Shown piece by piece: positions 60,427 through 64,000 of a DNA stretch of 64,000 nucleotides (positions are counted from its first letter, which is position 1; each line of letters starts with the position of its first letter). The position numbers and the translations under genes were made by a program. A model generated the notes under the pieces. That model did no database searches, was not told where the DNA came from, and saw only the letters and a program-made list of their open reading frames with translations. Origin of the DNA: Candidatus Latescibacterota bacterium (lineage in GTDB: Bacteria > Latescibacterota > UBA2968); assembly GCA_965207885.1 (NCBI GenBank), contig OZ242311.1:1600001-1664000 (forward strand). The letters are read 5' to 3'.

Positions 60427-61425
60427 TCACCGCTGATCAATAACCACAGGAGAACCCGATTTTGAAGACGCATAAGCTGCGCAAAAGAGCTCAACAGACT
60501 TTCGGCCCTCTTCACCCGACACCACAGGTACCGTGCCTTTGGTGATAGCAGAAACCATATCCTCTGCAATATCGGCAGGCGCATCGGGCACTTCAAAACG
60601 GCTCAAATCTACCAATTCCTCATCCTTTGTCATCACTTCTATACCGCCGCGTTGATCCCACCGCACAGTGCCTTCCGTGCCACTGATCTCCACTTGTGTC
60701 CCCAAATTTGGATAACTCGATGTCGTGGTCGTAATCAGCCCCCACGCGCCGCTTTGAAATGTCAACTGTGCAATTGTAATATCTTCCGTTTCAATATCGT
60801 GTGTCATGGTTGCACTGCGCCCATAAACTTCCTTTACCGGGCCGAGCAACCAGCAGATGAGATCGACAAAATGCACACCCTGATTGGCTATCGAGCCGCC
60901 CTCTGTCTCTTTGCGGCTACGCCACCCCATGGGAAAGCCCCCATTGTAATAGCTCTGCTCGCGCCACCACTTCATCTTCACATCACCCAAAAAAATCTGT
61001 CCAATGATCCCCTGATCAATGGCGGCCTTCAATTGCTGGTTTGCTTTAGAATAGCGATTCCCAAAATCCACTGCCAGAACCTTCCCCGCATCTTTTGCCG
61101 CCTGAATCGCCGCATCGCACTTTTCTACGAGAATATCCATCGGCTTGGTGACAAATGCATGTTTGCCTGCTTCTATCGCTTCAATGGCGTAATCGCAATG
61201 CGTACCACTGGACGTATAGATACCGATCGCATCGATATCATCGCGCGCAAACATCGCCTTGTAATTGGTCGTCCAGTCACATCCATACATTTCGGCCTGC
61301 TCCACGGCCTTGTCTTCCTGTAAATCACACACGCAAACCAACGCACTGCCCTCTGCTGCTGCCACCTGTTTTGCTGCTCCGCGGCCACGCCCCAATCCCA
61401 TAATACCAAATCTAACGTTCGACAT
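60427..61425 (-). CDS. Gfo/Idh/MocA family oxidoreductase
   Basis: RFGIMGLG, AGKHAFVTKP, GGSIANQGVHFVD and ETED. Confidence 0.9.
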   Translation of the reverse strand: MSNVRFGIMGLGRGRGAAKQVAAAEGSALVCVCDLQEDKAVEQAEMYGCDWTTNYKAMFARDDIDAIGIYTSSGTHCDYAIEAIEAGKHAFVTKPMDILVEKCDAAIQAAKDAGKVLAVDFGNRYSKANQQLKAAIDQGIIGQIFLGDVKMKWWREQSYYNGGFPMGWRSRKETEGGSIANQGVHFVDLICWLLGPVKEVYGRSATMTHDIETEDITIAQLTFQSGAWGLITTTTSSYPNLGTQVEISGTEGTVRWDQRGGIEVMTKDEELVDLSRFEVPDAPADIAEDMVSAITKGTVPVVSGEEGRKSVELFCAAYASSKSGSPVVIDQR

Positions 61426-61426
61426 T

Positions 61427-64000
61427 TTAATCTCCCTCTGAAAGCACCGCAAAATTTTCCCGCAACTTCGACAGTGTATCCCGATACTCGCGCTCGCGCT
61501 CGCGCTCTTTTGCCACGACCTCTGCGGGGGCATTATTCAAAAAACCCGCATTGCTCAACTTCTTCTCCAATCCGCTCAACGCCTTTTCCAATCCGCCAAT
61601 CTCCTTCTCCAACCTCTGACGTTCCACAGTGAGATCAATCACGCCGGCCAAAGGCACAAAAATTTCCACATCACCAACCACAGCACTCGCAGACGCTGCC
61701 GGGCGTTCTAAAGCCGCGCCAAGGGTCAAATTTTCAACGCGCCCCAACGCCTTCATATAGCCCTTAACAGACGTCAAAATCGCACGCGCCTCCTCTGAAT
61801 CCGTCTTACACACCACATCCACGAGCTTGCCCGGCGGAATACGCATTGTACCTCGAATATGGCGCACAGCACCCACCACATCCCGCATCAAAGCCATTTC
61901 TCGCTCCGCCGCTTTATCAAATTGCGTTTTGTCGCATTTGGGCCAGGGCGCAGCAATAAGTGCCTCGCCTTCTCGTGGAAAGGTCTGCCACAACGCCTCT
62001 GAAATAAAAGGCGCAACGGGATGCAACAGGCGCAGCGTGCCTTCAAACACGACACACAAAACCGACTGCGCGGTTTGACGGGCGCTTTGATCATCGCCAT
62101 ACAGGCGCACTTTCGCCATCTCCACATACCAATCGCAATACGCGCTCCACACAAAATCGTACAACGCGCGCGCCGCCTCGTCAAAGCGATACGCCTCCAA
62201 AGCCTCTGTAACCTGCAACACCGTGCGATTGTACAAACTCAAAATCCACCGATCAGAAAGATCCGTAATCGGCTCGGGGACCGTCTGCAATGCCACATCG
62301 CGTATGTCGCGATCGTCCAGATTCATTTGTACAAACCGCGCGGCATTCCAGATCTTGTTGCAAAAATTGCGGCACATTTCCGCAATGGGCGAATCTTGCA
62401 ACTTATTGTCCTTCACATCGGCATCAAACCGAATATCCTGCGAACTGCCGCATTGATAAAAAAGCGACAGGCGCGTGGCATCTGCGCCATAGCGGTCAAT
62501 CAATTCGCGCGGATCAATCCCCGTACCCAACGACTTGCTCATGCGCTTGCCATCGCGCGTTTGCACCGTGGGATGAACCAGCACCGTCCGAAACGGAATC
62601 TCGCCCACAAATTCAACAGCCGTCATAATCATCCGTATCACCCACAGATACAAAATATCCCGTCCCGTAATCATCAAATCCGTCGGATGAAACAGCTTCA
62701 AATCCTCCGTATCTTCGGGCCAACCCAGCGTTGCAAAAGGCCACAGCGCCGAGGAAAACCACGTATCGAGCACATCTGGGTCTTGCGTCAACTGCTGACT
62801 GCCACACTTTGTACACACTTCGGGCGGCTCTGCATTCACAATCACCGCACTACAATTTTCACACGTCCACACCGGAATGCGGTGTCCCCACCACAATTGC
62901 CTCGAAATACACCAGTCGCGGATATTCTCCAGCCATTCAATCGAATATTCTCGAAACCGATCCGGCACATAATCGATCTTTTTTTCTCGCATCAGGGGCA
63001 AAATTAAATCGGCCAAATCGCGCATCGCCACAAACCACTGCTCCATAGGCATCGGTTCAATCACCGTGCCACAGCGGTCGTGATGGGGCACCGCGTGGGT
63101 ATAATCCTCAATTTTTTCCATCAACCCCAGCTCGTCGAGTGCCTCAACCACCGCCTTGCGACACGCATACCGGTCCTGCCCAGCATAAACACCCGCATTC
63201 TCCGTCATCTCGCCACTCAGACCAATAACCGCGATTTCGGGCAAATCGTGACGCTGCCCTATCTCATAATCATTGGGATCGTGTCCCGGCGTCACCTTCA
63301 CCGCACCACTCCCCATTTCCGGATCGGCATAGTCATCTGCCACAATGGGAATGGGGCGGTCCATAAGCGGCAACATCACCATTTTACCCACGGCATTGCG
63401 CCATCGCGCATCGGATGGATGTACCGCCACCCCGGTATCGCCCAGCATGGTTTCTGGACGCGTTGTCGCCACAACCACATCGGGCGCGTCATCTATTCCT
63501 TTGTACCGAATATGCCACAGGTGGCTATGGACCTCTCTTTCTTCCACCTCGAGATCGGAAATCACAGTGCCACACTGCGGGCACCAGTTCACCATGCGTT
63601 TGCCCCGATAAATCCAGCCCTTCTCGTAAAAACGCACAAATGTTTCCAACACTGCCCGCACGTACTCCTCATCCATTGTAAATCGCTCGCGCGACCAGTC
63701 ATAACTACAGCCCAACTCGCGCAATTGTCGCAAAATTGTGCTGCCGTATTTTTCCCGCCAGGCCCATATCCGTCTCAACAAGTCTCTGCGCCCAATTTCG
63801 CGGCGCGTCTTTTTTTCGTTCTCCCAGATCTCTTGCTCCACCTTCATCTGCGTGCCAATACCCGCGTGATCTGTACCGGGCAAACACAGCGTGCGAAATC
63901 CCCGCATCCGCTTATACCGAATCACCGCGTCGTGAATCGCGTGCTGTAGCGCGTGTCCCATGTGCAACTCCCCCGTCACATTGGGCGGAGGAATCGTCAC
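61427..64000 (-). CDS. valS: Valine--tRNA ligase (N-terminus outside the window)
   Basis: PPPNVTGELHMGH, DHAGI, ATTRPET, DWCISRQLWWGH, DTWFSS, RMSKS and a C-terminal coiled coil. Confidence 0.97.
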   Translation of the reverse strand: MTIPPPNVTGELHMGHALQHAIHDAVIRYKRMRGFRTLCLPGTDHAGIGTQMKVEQEIWENEKKTRREIGRRDLLRRIWAWREKYGSTILRQLRELGCSYDWSRERFTMDEEYVRAVLETFVRFYEKGWIYRGKRMVNWCPQCGTVISDLEVEEREVHSHLWHIRYKGIDDAPDVVVATTRPETMLGDTGVAVHPSDARWRNAVGKMVMLPLMDRPIPIVADDYADPEMGSGAVKVTPGHDPNDYEIGQRHDLPEIAVIGLSGEMTENAGVYAGQDRYACRKAVVEALDELGLMEKIEDYTHAVPHHDRCGTVIEPMPMEQWFVAMRDLADLILPLMREKKIDYVPDRFREYSIEWLENIRDWCISRQLWWGHRIPVWTCENCSAVIVNAEPPEVCTKCGSQQLTQDPDVLDTWFSSALWPFATLGWPEDTEDLKLFHPTDLMITGRDILYLWVIRMIMTAVEFVGEIPFRTVLVHPTVQTRDGKRMSKSLGTGIDPRELIDRYGADATRLSLFYQCGSSQDIRFDADVKDNKLQDSPIAEMCRNFCNKIWNAARFVQMNLDDRDIRDVALQTVPEPITDLSDRWILSLYNRTVLQVTEALEAYRFDEAARALYDFVWSAYCDWYVEMAKVRLYGDDQSARQTAQSVLCVVFEGTLRLLHPVAPFISEALWQTFPREGEALIAAPWPKCDKTQFDKAAEREMALMRDVVGAVRHIRGTMRIPPGKLVDVVCKTDSEEARAILTSVKGYMKALGRVENLTLGAALERPAASASAVVGDVEIFVPLAGVIDLTVERQRLEKEIGGLEKALSGLEKKLSNAGFLNNAPAEVVAKEREREREYRDTLSKLRENFAVLSEGD

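Noticed and set aside
62021-63949. 328-aa and 289-aa + strand ORFs
   Set aside because: Antisense shadows of valS.

Overview
Gene-dense bacterial chromosome segment of moderate GC. I saw no rRNA, tRNA, CRISPR array or transposase. The mix of PhyH dioxygenases, lipoproteins with repeat domains and a GlnR-like regulator would fit an uncultured Latescibacterota/Gemmatimonadota-type organism, possibly a sponge symbiont (inference only). Left to right: truA (partial), comEC and a probable 6S RNA; a long minus-strand amino-acid run (ilvN-sORF-leuA-leuC-leuD-cimA-alaC-argJ-aspC-accA) headed by a Leu/Ile/Val-rich leader peptide; a catabolic cluster (GGT-family hydrolase, enolase-superfamily dehydratase, YkgJ, CnbZ-like deaminase) divergent from a GlnR-like regulator; an AT-rich ApaLI-like restriction-modification pair; cysK-yeiH; a cusCBA-type metal efflux operon preceded by a Cys-rich uORF with an RSPP motif; a membrane protein / triple-HhH lipoprotein / Tat intradiol dioxygenase trio; an orphan RND pump followed by an unlisted 25-aa membrane peptide; a tandem-Cache lipoprotein with a group II decarboxylase; a selenocysteine formate dehydrogenase (in-frame UGA plus SECIS) with a NuoE-NuoF fusion partner; an SLBB/PDG-repeat/CAP lipoprotein; a thiamine regulon with two back-to-back TPP riboswitches; an MltF-like protein, two STAS proteins, PncC, an oxidoreductase and valS (partial). 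The best candidates for new biology are the small ORFs and RNA switches that the ORF track misses, the RSPP uORF on the metal efflux operon, the HhH/dioxygenase module, and the Cache-lipoprotein/decarboxylase pair. All family calls come from motif recognition by eye, not from database searches.
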